A stretch of DNA of 63,819 nt, filler included, from Rozella allomycis CSF55 (GCA_000442015.1; 7 parts of 7 records of this genome joined end to end with filler, not necessarily neighbours in it), one strand, 5' to 3'; counted from the whole stretch's first letter, positions 1-13,516 are shown. Notes: generated from the sequence alone by a model not told the origin. Made by a program: numbers and translations.

Positions 1-1026
1 AACTAAGAACATTATCACTGCTCATGTTCAAAGACTTATTTCTTTCACTTTACGCGAAGAAGTATTTCCAGAAAGTTCAGACAAATCATTTGGCGCTATT
101 TTGGAGAAGGGGGAGGTGAAGTTGAGAACAACAGGTATGCCGCCTGGCAAAGAGNCCTTCCCTTCCATCTTTGAATGCTGAAAAACTATTCAAAACAGAA
201 TATGGCGCTGAAATGTCTCGTCGTGTTGCTTCTACCTTTCGTGTCGCTAATTTTAATCCAAACAAGGCTATCGATAAAATGAAGAAAAATTATGATCAGA
301 AACACGTTCCTGTATTCTTTAAAATTGGCCAAATTGTTCTAGTGTTCAAGCCTGTTCTTCAGAAAAATCAATCAAAAAAATTACGCCATTATTTAGGGGT
401 TCGTATACCATTCTTGAGAGACTAGATGACTTAAACTATCGTTTGAAAGAAATTAAAACTAAGAACATTATCACTGCTCATGTTCAAAGACTTATTTCTT
501 TCACTTTACGCGAAGAAGTATTTCCAGAAAGTTCAGACAAATCATTTGGCGCTATTTTGGAGAAGGGGGAGGTGAAGTTGAGAACAACAGGTATGCCGCC
601 TGGCAAAGAGGAAAATATTATTCAAGGGATACTGGAAAGGCACGCTTTGTTGAGTTGGTATTAGACCGTAGTGCACGACGGGATAATTCATGGCTGCTTG
701 GAAAGGGCAGGTATGCGCACTCTCAGAGTTATCCGGGGTCTAGGTCGATTGGTGGCGTGGACAGAGTCCCGAATTGTTAGGGATGCAGGGAGGAGATGAT
801 GTTGCTAGCACGGATAATAGGCTGGAGTTGTTGCGTCGGGAGGAGTCAGTTTCTGATGAATCTCGTGGTACCCTGAACGCTCAATATAAAGGCCGAGCTA
901 TATCTTCAATGGAGGTATCGCACTGTGAAAATAACCCAATTCGTCGCTCGCGGCGTATTTTAGCTCGAAGTAGGCCACTTCGGTTAGACTCTGAAAGAGT
1001 TGGCATTGACTCTCAAGAGGGAGGAG
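1..1026 (+). mobile_element. Ty3/gypsy LTR retrotransposon 3' internal region (degenerate integrase C-terminus plus polypurine tract)
   Basis: Frameshifted GPY/F-type integrase tail (FKIGQIVLV..KKL..G-YTILERLDDLNYRL..AHVQRLI). Purine tract AAGAGGGAGGAG (1015-1026) directly abuts an LTR starting TG. Bases 1-153 duplicate ~457-609 across an n join. Confidence 0.75.
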
Positions 1027-1259
1027 TGTCGCCGACGATCTTGAATTAATATCGGTACAATGAGTTCGAGACTTAGCCACGCGTATATAGATCAATTTTA
1101 CAAATTCAATAAACCCTGGTCATAATTTATTAACTTTTATGTCTTGTCCGTCTTCCCCAAGTTCTGGTTCCAAGCCCGCGTCTCTAGCTACCGCTGCTAC
1201 CCAGTCGGTTACTTCCTCTGTTTCTCATCGTCCCACGGCCTCTAACACTGTTCGCGACA
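1027..1259 (+). repeat. 3' LTR of the gypsy element (TGTCGC...GCGACA)
   Basis: TG..CA ends with 6-bp terminal inverted repeat, preceded by a PPT. Near-identical copies at 53510-53744 (-) and 59771-59807 (+, cut by gap). Confidence 0.85.
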
Positions 1260-1414
1260 AAACTGTTGCAAGACCTAAAGAACAAATAGTAGCAGATAAT
1301 GATGAATTATTGTCAAATGTAATATTAATATTATTCAAATGAGCATCAGTTGTGTCAGACATGTCGGTATTCGAATCAGAAGAAGAATCAGAACAAGATT
1401 GGACGCTTTTAGAT

Positions 1415-1597
1415 TCATCGGCATGTAGATTGTTGATTGAAGTGAGCGTTGTGAGGCTCCCCAGAAGAAAATTTCACAAATATTTTCTGACGCCGTTTAC
1501 ACTGACGATGTACACAATTACATTCACGCCACAAATGACCTTTTACTTCGCAACAGCGACACAAGGCATACTTCACATTCATATTATCAAGTACCAA
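1415..1597 (-). pseudogene. Zinc-knuckle ORF remnant, probably transposon-derived
   Basis: CRCCEVKGHLWREC fits CX2CX4HX4C; lies among transposon debris. Confidence 0.4.
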
Positions 1598-2253
1598 TTG
1601 ATCCAGGACGGGTAGAAATATTTACACCCGGGGTGTGCATTACCCCTGGCAAACTTGTCGGGGTAATGAAGAAGTATGATTGGGGGATGCTGGGCTGCGC
1701 CAAAATNATTGTCTCTTTAATTGTAATACAAAATCTTCATATGTTCTTAGCGTTTCATCAATGAGCCAATATGATTCTATAACCAATCGCACACCGGTTC
1801 TCGACAATATGAAGCTGCATAAATAATCCTCTTGTTTTCAGTGTTATACATTTGTTCATTCAATTCGAACACAAACTCTAATTGTCTCAAGAAAGCGGCA
1901 AGTTTCTTTGGATTTTCNGATATTTATGATATTTATCATCAATCCTCAAATCACATCACATTTCAATACACTGCATGTCTGTTAATTTACCTTAAATAAA
2001 AATGTCCATGTCTATGTCTACTACTCTGTCTACATTTACATATATATGTGATGTACTTTTTGAAGTTATTACCTTGCCAATATCTGATATATTTTGTCCA
2101 AAGTTAAACATCCAAATATGGAAACCATATGTCTAAAATACATGCGGCGGCATATTATTGAATCCCTAAATTACCCTAAATAGTCGCCCCCTGACTGTAC
2201 CTCATGTCTGCTCCAAGTTTTATGGACAATTTGACTGAGTATTGTGCACATAN

Positions 2254-2445
2254 AAGAAGCTCACCGGAATCTACAGAAGAAATTTTGTTGGAGTACTCGG
2301 CCTTGACAGCCTTTCGAAAATGGTCGATGATAGGAACAACAAGAGAAGAGCGTAAAATGGACGCGACAGTAGTTCCCTTGTACGGCTCCCCAGTAACAGA
2401 GTCCAAGAGCAGATACCAAACAAGAAGCGAAGAGGTGGATGCTGA
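2254..2445 (-). pseudogene. Crinkler (CRN)-like N-terminal domain fragment
   Basis: VWYLLLDSVTGEPYKGTT...IDHFRKAVKAEYSNKISSVDSGEL resembles CRN-type ubiquitin-like header domains. Bounded by n joins. Confidence 0.55.
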
Positions 2446-2599
2446 NCATCCAAATATGGACACCATATGTCTAAAATACATGTCGCGGCATATTATTGAA
2501 TCCCTTAATTACTCTAAATAGTCGCCCCCCTTACTGTACCGCATGTCTGCTCCAAGTTTTATGGACAATTTGACTGAGTATTGTGCACATATGATATGT

Positions 2600-3177
2600 T
2601 TCGTGGCCAGTTTAAAAGGTATGGGTTTACCTGGATCGGTTTTAAAGGAGCGTATTATATGCGAATCTAAGCTTTTTGGGTACACACTTGGTGTCCCTAG
2701 GTCAGGTCACGAGAAAATGCACCTTGCATGTAGCAAAACACGCTATCCGATTTGTCCCGCTAATGTGCGTATAAATTGTCTCAAAATGGCTGGGTTATTG
2801 TGGCTCATGTTTTTGAACATAATCATCCTCCATTAAACGACGTTAACGTTGAAGTATTTGATGTTCATGAGACATTACGCGCTTTTGTCCAGGCACACAT
2901 AAATTCTTTTCAAATTCATACTGTTTAAAAAACAATGTACCCTGACAAGGTTCTTCCCTTATCTACAATATCGCAAAAAATCCGCTCCTTAAGAACCGAA
3001 ATATTTGGCCCTTTAGGGAATGAATATGAAAAGCTCATTAAGAATTTAGAAGACGACAATGACAAAACCGTATCAATATTTGTTGATCGTGACTCTCTGG
3101 GTACTGTGCTGAAATTTAGGTGGGCGGACAAACGTGCTCTTTACATTATTGCCTCCACTAAGTGTGATTTTTATTAA
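2600..3177 (+). mobile_element. Degenerate MULE/FAR1-like transposase N-terminal region
   Basis: LKERIICESKLFGY..CSKTRYPICPANVRI and FVQAHINSFQIHT..MYPDKVLPL align with the ORF at 59334 (C..C..EHNH WRKY-type finger). Broken by stops and frameshifts. Confidence 0.5.
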
Positions 3178-6100
3178 TTGACACTACGTATAAAGTGACA
3201 AATTTTGATCAATCTTTAGCGCTTTTATTGTCACTGGACAAGCAGAACATGACTGTCAATCTCGCACGCATGGATTATTTTGCTGGCATCTGGAAAAGTT
3301 ATCAGCGTCTTTCGAAAATTATCTAAAGAAAATGACATTGTGGATTCGAAACTTTGTTTGTCGAAACCAAACTTCTTAGATTTCCAAATTCGAAAGTTGT
3401 AATTCGCATTATACACTCCAACATCAAATAGAAAATGCAAATCTTCAACAGTCGCCTGGTACGCATATTCCTGTAGCATGACATGCCTGGTCGAAATCCT
3501 GGGGTCCGACACTATTTAAAATACGTTTTCGACATGCAAGATAAATGTTAATCATAACNGCATGGTCGAGATCCTGGAGTCCAAAACTATTTAAAATACG
3601 TTTGCGGCATGCGAGATAATTGTTAATAATCACGCTATTAACAGAGTCAACATCTCTTCCAGATGACATTAGTCACTTGAAGCAGNGACATTGCGCGCTT
3701 TTGTACAGGCACAAATGAATGCTTTTCAAATTCATCATTATCTGCGTTTCATCTACCCGCAACAGGCGAGTGTCGCCTGGTACGCATTTTCCTGTAGCAT
3801 GACACGCATGGTCGAGATCCTGGGGTCCGAAACTTTTTAAAATACGTTTTCGACATGCGAGATAAATGTTTATCATCACGTAATTAACAGAGTCAACATC
3901 TCTTCCACATGACATTAGTCATTTGGTACCATGATTACTAATTTTCATACCTTTTTTCCATTTCATCACATATTTATTCATGTGTTAATTTAAAAATTAT
4001 ATATTCCTACTATACCAATGTCATTTTGGATGTTTCTTATAATCCCTTTATTTGTAACGTCTNGATTTACAACTTATATATTTCTACTACATTAATGCCA
4101 TTTTGGATGTTTCTTATAATCCCTATATTTTTAACGTCTATATTTAAAATTTCCATTGTCTGGCCATTAATGTTTCTTTTCAATATACAAGGTTATTCAC
4201 TTGTACAATTTCAAAGTTTCGTTACAACTGCCATTGTTTGTCTTTGTTTTTCATAGAGACCCCCTGGTCCATTTTTCAATGAGAAAAAGTATCTTCAAAG
4301 AAGCTCAAAAGCGCAGAATGAAGAGAGAGGTACATAAGAAATATCGTGCAGATCCCGCTTTTAGAAAAAAGCAGGAGTACAAAGAAAGACATAAGCCTGT
4401 GACAAAATATATCACTCAACGAATTAATCGTTTGACAAGCCCTCATCAAAATCTTTTCCATGGCGAGATTATGAAACTAAATCTTAATAAAACTTTTATT
4501 GATTTTTTATATCCTNCTTTGTTTCTTTACCAATTGAATTGACTATTTTATCCACATCCGAAACGATTAAAGCTCAGACGACAACGTATAAGCATTCATA
4601 ATAAAAAAATAATACTAATTATACCGAAGAAAAATGAGAATAGATTATCTCGGATTGTGTATTGCGTCGTTTATCAGAATATAGATCCATCAGTATAGAG
4701 ATCCTTCAAATGACAACCAATTACCATCGCAACCCCGCTTTTAGTATTACAGATAGTGTTGTGCTCGCTTCGCTCGCATTGTACCATTTTTAGCAAAAAA
4801 CATATTGTCGCTCCATGCGCATATAGTATCTTAATCCTCATAAATGGGATAGTAAATTAACAGATAAAAGAGTGAAACTGATGTCGATTGAGAATGGATT
4901 ATCCTCCGTTCGATTTATTGATATCTCCTTGGAGTTTTCTTGATCAACTCAGAAAATTTAATTATAATGGAAAAAAGTACCGTATTTTGAAAAAGATTTG
5001 CGACACAAATTGTGGCGTAACATAGACGTAACCCTTGTCGATTTTTGNTGACGTGATTAATAGCGCGTGAAACAACATTATTGTTTTTAAAATATAATAA
5101 TCAAAATTTAGGCATTTGGAAAAACTATTAAACTCATCTCTATTTTTTGTGAAGAGCTCCATGGCAACCAAGGTACCGTTCACNTTTTTTTTAAAATATA
5201 ATAAACAAAATTTAGGCATTTGGAAAAACTATTAAATTCATCTCTATGTTTTGTGAAGAGCTCCATGGCAACCAAGGTACCGTTCACNTGTTTTGGAGTT
5301 GAAAAAAGAAAGAGTTAAGAAATTAGAGAATATATGGCAAGTTGGCAACAAATATCAATTGAAAAATCACAGAGCAGATTAAATGAAAATGANATGAATC
5401 GTCATAACTCGTACAAAGGATTGCTGATGAAAGGAAGTATTGAAATTGAAGTAGTAGGTATTAAGAAGGGCTCAAATGGGCGAAGCTGTTTGGAAAACGA
5501 AGTATGTGGAGACTCATTAGAAATCAATCAAATACTTGTATGTGAATATACAATAGTAGAAGCGACGTGAGTAATCGGGAATGAGTGAAAGAAATCGCAG
5601 CCTTTCAGCGTTTGAGTAATACTTTTTTCCTGCCATTTTGGATTCCCGCCAAAAATGGTCCTTTTTAAAGGTTATAAAAACCCATAATATGAAATTTTGA
5701 AAAATATATTTATTCATTGAATTTGCAGTTCAAATTTATTGCGTAAAGTGCTATCAAAAAAGTGACTTTTGAAAAAGAGTTGCGAAAGTGGCGTTCCTTT
5801 TTCGCAACTCTTTTTCAAAATACATTGCGTTTCCGCAGTGCAAAACCATTCAATCATCAAAGTTGTTGCTTCAGCAAAACTTTACATGCACAGAAACATT
5901 AAAATATACAACAATTTGAACATACAAGCCGTCNAACTGCCAAAGATATACGTCTTTCCATCTTGAACAAAATCAACGAAATCAATACAAGACCAGAACT
6001 CGATGAACACCGATACGAGATTATCCGACTACCAAAAGATACACCAATTGTACACATGAAATTTGGAAACTTGCGATCTGGCCAACTAAATAAACCAAGA

Positions 6101-6216
6101 TTTTTGCGATCCGGCCAACTAAATAAACCAAAATTTTGAAACAAAACCCCAACCCAATTAATAACTCTTCAAATAAATATAAATTTATTTTCAACCTTGT
6201 TCCAATATCTTCACAA

Positions 6217-9200
6217 CTATTTCTTCTCAGCAGGCGAATAGCTACCATCGGGCGAGTATTGCGCATCAGGAGAGTATTTAGGAGTATCAGGAGAATAGTT
6301 CTGTTCATCGTCAGGAGAGTATTTTGGAGTCGAAGTGTATTTGCCAGTTGCAGAGTATTTTGGAGAATAGCCTTGATCGGGTGAATAGCCTTGTGGAGAG
6401 TACTTTGGACTGCCAGGTGAATACTGCGGACTTGTTGGTGAATACTGTGGACTGGTTGGCGAGTACTGTGGACTTGTTGGAGAATAACCACCCGAACCTG
6501 GAGTATATTTAGGACTTGTTGGAGAATACTGCGGACTTGTTGGAGAATACTTTGGACTAGTAGGCGAGTATTGCGGACTAGTAGGCGAATATTTAGGACT
6601 AGTTGGAGAATAACCACCAGACCCAGGCGAATACTTTGGACTTGTAGGAGAATATTGCGGACTAGTTGGCGAGTACTGCGGACTAGTAGGTGAATATTTA
6701 GGACTAGTCGGAGAATAACCACCAGAACCAGGCGAATACTTTGGACTCGTAGGAGAATATTGCGGACTAGTAGGCGAGTACTGTGGACTAGTAGGCGAAT
6801 AGTGAGGAGAAGCAGGTGAATATAAAGGACTTGTAGGCGAATAATTCGGACTAGTTTGCCTGTGCGACGGAGACGTTGGAGAATACGACATGTTTGGTGA
6901 AGCTAAAGGCGACGTTGGAGAATATGGTGATGGAGAGTAAGCGCCTTGGTTTGGAGAATATGGAGACGGAGAATAGCCACCTTGATCTGGAGAGTAACTT
7001 TGAGTTTGCCCTGGAGAATATTGCGTTTGGCCTGGCGAGTATTGTGTCTGGCCACTTGGATTGTAGACTGGAGAACCTGGTGTGTAAGATGGAGAAGCAG
7101 TACTTTTGAATCCTGGAGAGTAGCCAGAGCCGGGAGAGATATTGAAGCCGGGTGTTTTAGGAGAGTAGCCAGGAGAGACAGGCGCATAGGCAGGAGATGT
7201 TGGAGATAGACCAGGACTGAAACTGCCAGAATCATTAAATGGAGAAAATGAAGAATCGTGTGGAGTGTAAGCGCCCGATGGAGTTTGAGAGCCATTCCAA
7301 TAAGGTGTTTTAGAGTCAAGAAATGGTGTTTGAGAACCATTGTTTAGAGATGATAACAGAGGATGGTAATAAATGGGAATAGCTTGTTCAACTTGAGATT
7401 CATCCAACAGTAAAGAGAATTCGCCAGTGCCTAGAGGAGCCAATTGTCCCAGCATAACATTTTGAGAGACACCGTTGCAGTCGTCTAATTCAGCGAAAGA
7501 AGCCGCTTGTAAAAGAATATCAGAAGTTTCTTCAAAAGAAGCACGCATGAAAGCACCTGCTTCAGTTCTGTTTATGCCGTGCCTGTCAATACCCATAGGA
7601 ACGCCTTTGAATGTCATAACATCACACAGTAGAGCCAAGTGCCTGTAGTTTACATAAGAGCCATCAGATTCAATAACATTTCTTAATTCATTTAACAGAG
7701 AAGCTCTCATTGCTTCAATGCCTAAAACATTAAATATTTCCAAGACATCGTTTGAAATTGTTCTTGTGTAATCAATGTTTGGATGCGACATAACCTTTGA
7801 ATAGAAATAAAATTTATTACTTGTTTCAGATTGATTCCTTCAGTTTCCAAAGTCCAAAAATTGATTCTATTGAAATCACCATCAGCGTTTAACACTTCTG
7901 AATTCTTTTCAACGAGAAAGACTCTGTTGATACCAGGAATACCTCTGAGAGTGACAGTAGAGAGCATATTATTTTCTAATCTCTTTAAAAAGACATCTTC
8001 TTCAATTCTGTTTTCATAGTCATCTTCAGGGTTAACAATTCTGCATCTGAGAATTAATTTTTGAGAATTATCATCAGAAGCCAAACATCTTAAATCTTTA
8101 TCAAAATCCAAAGTAATTTTAGAAGCAACGTCAGCCATAGTTAATTTCTTATCCAACATTTTCGCTCTATCCAATTCAAATCTCAACAACCATCGACTCA
8201 ACTTTTTAGGGTCAAAATCTTCATCTGGTAATTCATAATACGCTTGCACAAACTCTAAATCTTCTTCTATTATAGTATTCTCTGGATCTGGATCATAATA
8301 AATACTAGAATTTGAAACAATCTTTCTTAAAGTTGTATGCTCCAATTCAACTTGAACTTGTTTAGCTAAATCTGCATTCTTGGAATATTCTCCCTTTAAA
8401 TAAATAGTCAACGATGGTGTCTTTATATTCTTTGCTAAACTTAATATTTCTCTCAATCTAGGAACACCCAACGTCATCTTCTTTGATGAAACACCAGCCA
8501 AGTGAAATGTATTCAATGTCATCTGTGTTGCTGGCTCTCCAATACTTTGTGCTGCTATTGTTCCAACCATCTCTCCTGATTCTACCTTGGAATTGCTATA
8601 CTTTGTTTCTATCTCTCCAATCAACCAATCAAATGCTTTATTATTCAAGTGAAATTCTTCTATCACTCTTTTAACACTGAGCAAACTTCTAACCAATATT
8701 TGAAACAGCAGTGATGAATTTATTTCCATTTGTTTAGAGGTAATTTCTTTTGAATGAAATTCTTTAGACTCTTTCAAACCTTCTTTCAAATTATCTCTCT
8801 TCACATTGCTACTTTCGATTCTCTCACATAAACTTCTCACTTGCTTATAAATCTTCAATGGACTCAAATCACTCGCCTTCTTGCCATCAATCTTAAACAA
8901 ACTCTGCGCATTCCATATCATCCTCTTCAAATTCAAAGGCAACGGCCACGATGCATCCCCACTAGGAAATATCTCCCGCAACATCATCTTATCAACACTC
9001 AACTGCTTATACTCTTTATCCAATGCTATCTGCACAAGCGGATTCGAATTCACTTCCTCTATAATCTCCTTTTGCAAACAACTCTCATTCAAACTAAACT
9101 GCTTCACACTAAAATCAACCTTGTATTTCATCTCAAATTTCTTATTGTTCAGTCGAAGTGAATCAAACGTTTGCTTTTCAATCTTCACTGCATCCATCCC

Positions 9201-12016
9201 ATCTTCCCCATACTGGAATTGGATAATCTCCCCAAGTGAATTTCTAACAGTGCCATCATACTTTATCATCACATCTTCCAACGCTTTAACCAACTTTCTC
9301 TGAATATACCCAGTCTCTGCTGTCTTCACAGCTGTATCAATCAACCCTTCTCTACCTCCCATCGCATGGAAAAAGAACTCTTGTGGTGTCAACCCTCGCA
9401 AATACGAATTCTCAACAAACCCTCTACTCTCAGGGCCATAATCATCCTTTTAAAACAATTTCATTTAAATTACTTTGGTGAAATGTGGTAATGTTCTGTA
9501 TCTAAATCCAAATGGTATTCTCTTCCCTTCAACGTTCTGCTGTCCAACACACGCTGTCATTTGAGAGATATTAATATAAGACCCCTTAGATCCAGCAACT
9601 ACCATTTGCTTCACATTGTTTTGCTCTTTCAAACTACTCTGCGCACTCTTTCCAGCTGAATCTCTCGCTTTATTCAATGATTTATTCACTTTGCTTTCAA
9701 ATGTTTCTCTTAAAGTCATTCCAGGCTCACAACTCAACATCCCCTTTTGGGCCATTTGAATAGTCTTCTTCACTTCTTCCTTTGCCACTGCAATCGTTTC
9801 ATTAATATTCTTCATTGTTTGTCTATCAGCAATCGTATCGCCTATCCCAATACTAAACCCATTAATCAACAACCAATTATTCACAACTGTTTGAACTCCA
9901 TTAAAAAACTTTCTTGTCACATCTGGCCCATGCTCATTAAATATTACATGAATCAACCCTCCAGCGGCAGGTCCAACAGTCTTCTTACATACAATACCTA
10001 CTCTATTGAATTGTTTATTATTACCCATCAATAATTCACCATTCTCAATCAACACTTTGGTATCACCAGGTGATATATCGCCAATCTCATTATCAGGATG
10101 CGTTGAATGAAACGTAACACAATTCACTCCACTAGGAATCAACATTGAAAATATTTGCTTTCCACTCCACAATGGAACTGGCTTGACAATACACGGCTTC
10201 GGTAATCTTCCATCCCATTCAGGCATCCACATCACCAAATTCATAACCATGGCTCTCGTCAAGAAACACTCTCTTCTCGTAAACTTTCTCACTCCACACA
10301 GAGTATCCTGAACAATACCCATACATGGCTTATTAGACTGAGGTGACACTATCTGTGTTGGCACAAGCGCCAACTCTATCAACTCTGCTTTCGCTTCAAC
10401 TGACTGTGGAATATGCAAGTTCATTTCATCTCCATCAAAATCAGCATTGTATGGCGTTGTTACACTCAAATTCAATCTAAACGTAGAATATGGCATCACT
10501 CGGATTCTATGCCCCATCATTGACATTTTATGAAGCGATGGCTGTCGATTAAACAATACAACATCGCCATCATTAATATGTCGCTCAACTATATACCCCG
10601 GTTGCAACACTACATCTGTCTTAAATCGCAAATCTATTCTATTCCCATCATCTCTAACAACATATCTTGCTCCAGGATGCTCACTAGGCCCATTATTAAC
10701 CAACTTTTGCAAATGCTCAATGTTAAATGCAGTAACCAACTCTGGATACGTTAATGTTTTAGCAATTGTTCTTGGAACTCCAACTTCATCCAGTGACAGA
10801 TTGGGATCAGGCGTAATAACTGTTCTAGCTGAAAAATCTACTCTTTTGCCCATCAAATTGCCTCTCAATCTACCTTCCTTTCCCTTCAATCTGGCACTAA
10901 TAGACTTCAATGGTCTTCCACTCTTCTGGATAGCCTTAGGTAGCCCCGGTATACTATTCTCCATATACGTTGCAACATGAAATTGTAACAATTGTTCATA
11001 TTCAGATATAACATGGCCAGGCGCTCCTTCCATCTCACACTTCTTCAAATGCATATTCGCTTTTATTATATCAGCCAATTTATGCGTCAAATCATCTTCT
11101 CCTCTAGATGATGCATCCATTTGAATAGAAGGTCTCACTTGTGGCGGTGGCACTGGCAAACACGTCAAAATTAACCAATCTGGTTTTGCGAATTCAGGAT
11201 TCAATCCCATAGCCAAACAATCTTCATCAGATATCTTTTTCAATATTTGATACGCATAAGATGCATTTACAAACCTTTCATCATCATATATTATAATTCT
11301 TACACTTTCCCTTCATTCCCTGTCTCTTCTCCACTGCCTTGCTTAAACTGTGCTACAATCTTCACTCCCTCAAATCTAAACGTTGGTTGTCTAGATCCAC
11401 ATCCCAACTTTTTTCTCCCTTCAACAGGCTCTTTCTCTTCTTCTTCATCATCCAACGAACTTTCACATTGAAGCTTCCCCTTGCATTGATTCCACACAGT
11501 TTGGAATCTATATCTAGCTTCTTTTCCACTCTTAGCAGGCTTCAACCAACTTTCATTCTCATTCACTTAATTAATTCATCTTACTGGCAACACTTTCAAC
11601 CTAGAACAACTGAAACACACACATTCCAATATCTTCTTAACCTTTCCTCAAAACAGCATCGTCTTCTTACCTGTTTAATAAACCCAATATGAAACATCGG
11701 TCTAACCAATTGTATATCTCCAAAATGTCCCTGACAATTAGTCATCCCTTCACCACACGTAGCACAAACATAATGTCTGTCAACAGTCCCTATCTTCTAC
11801 CACTTCTATACTTACCAAGTCGAAGGTCAAGTAACCCTCCTTTTTTAGGAACTCCATTTTCATATGTTTCAGGATGCTCAATCGTCGCTACACTCATGCC
11901 ACGCTTACTTTATCCAAATCAACTAAAAATACCGTTTCATCAGGTGACATGACACCAAATTGCACCCTATTCACTTTTTTCAAAGGAGCAGAAGACGCAG
12001 GAAACGGTAAATTCAT
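6217..12016 (-). CDS. RPB1: RNA polymerase II largest subunit (multi-exon)
   Basis: [10 protein letters not shown] active site, [55 protein letters not shown], and a YSPTSPx CTD. ATG at 12016 ([21 protein letters not shown]). Several ~27-30 nt GT-AG introns (e.g. 11932-11904, 10024-9998). Confidence 0.98.
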
Positions 12017-12232
12017 TTCTACTCTTCAAAACATTCGTTACTCTTTACCCCTTATTACTAGGGTTTTACGAAAATTACGAGATCTTATCCAAATGCCTTT
12101 TTCACCAATTATCATCCATTACATCTCATAAACACATTCTACACTTTTTTCTCTTTACAATCCACACCATTTCCCATTCTACAAAAAAGGAATAGTCATG
12201 TCTCCCCAAGCCACCGTGTCTGGGTTTCACAA

Positions 12233-13324
12233 ATGACCGAACAAAACCCAGCGCTTATTGCTGCTGACCAATGCGACCCAAAAACAAAGCCAAAACGCAA
12301 ACAGGTGCGGAATGCATGCGGTACCTTTTCACACCTCGTCTCACCTAGTCAACTGCCAAAAAGCATGCAAGAAATGCGACGACGGGAGACCTTGCAATCG
12401 CTGCATAAAATATGGAATAGAACACTCTTGCGTCGATTCCCAAAGGAAACCCAGAAAAAGGACAAAACGCGGGCCATATAGCGCTAATAAGAACACGGAG
12501 AAACAAGATTTTGCTGGTAAAAATGTTTTTAATGGATTATAGATTTTTATCCCTCGGTTGATCCGTCTTTGCTATACTCTACAGAGACTCTCGGTGAGTC
12601 ACTTATACCACAGATAGATATGTCCATTTATCAAGTAAATTGATTTGGCATTTTATATAGCAACCTAACAGGCAGCTCGAAATTAAAAGAGCCACTTCTG
12701 TGCCACCTGAATCAATGATAAATAGCTACCAAATGCCTTTGCAACAAGACTTGTCCCTTGCATATCCTGCTCAACAGACTCCAGCACTACGGCTATGCAA
12801 TCCTTATACTCGATTCCCCATGCCTCGATCTGTTTCAGTTGCTTCTACTCCCAATACACCAGTCGTCGCTATTATACCAGTTCCAGTCGACTCAAACGGT
12901 GTTCCAGTCATGCAAGAACAAAGCGCTTATCCATGCTTCTACGTGCCCGAAGAGCAAGTTTGTAACATTCATTAATTACTTTAAATTAGCACAGTCGTTA
13001 TCATGGCAAGATATTTGCAAACGAGGGTTTCAAGAGAACTTTAACGATGCTTTTTGTGGATTATCTCGAAATAATTCAACCGAATTAGTTTTTGATTTAC
13101 AGAATTCTTCAAGTTTACCTGAAAGGCAGGCAACCCCCGGTATTGCCCTTTCGTCTAAACTGAATGTTTTGAGTCAGCTTTGCACAGTCGCTTTGAATCA
13201 GTACGATGGAAGCAGTCAGCCCAACTCCAAACCACAGTCGGAAATCGGTTCTGACAAAGACAAAGACAATGACCCGGACGCTACAGAGGTGGAAGATTCC
13301 AAGGTCGAGTCGACGCTATCGTAG
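12233..13324 (+). CDS. Zn(II)2Cys6 fungal transcription factor (multi-exon)
   Basis: KRKQVRNAC|VNCQKACKKCDDGRPCNRCIKYGIEHSC after removing the 28-nt intron 12321-12348; low-complexity C-terminus. Downstream exon boundaries approximate. Confidence 0.85.
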
Positions 13325-13516
13325 ATTCGAAGAAATAAAACTTATTTATTTTGATTATGAATTTTTTTTAGAATAATGAAAAAAAAATTATTTAGTATGA
13401 ATTATCATTTATCTTTATTTATGGTTTTGACGATGAGGTACTAAAATTTATACTGAGTCTGTATTGATTCAAGTGCAAAGGCTTTCCTTAGTGTTCAAAT
13501 ATAATTTTACATTGGA

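Noticed and set aside
5334-5570. ORF with EVVGI..SNGRSC...CG, possibly HIRAN-like and transposon-associated
   Set aside because: Short, interrupted by n and a stop; family assignment cannot be supported without a search.
6021-7340. Long alternative-frame and antisense ORFs over the RPB1 CTD and other genes
   Set aside because: Shadows of repetitive or biased coding sequence; no independent motifs.
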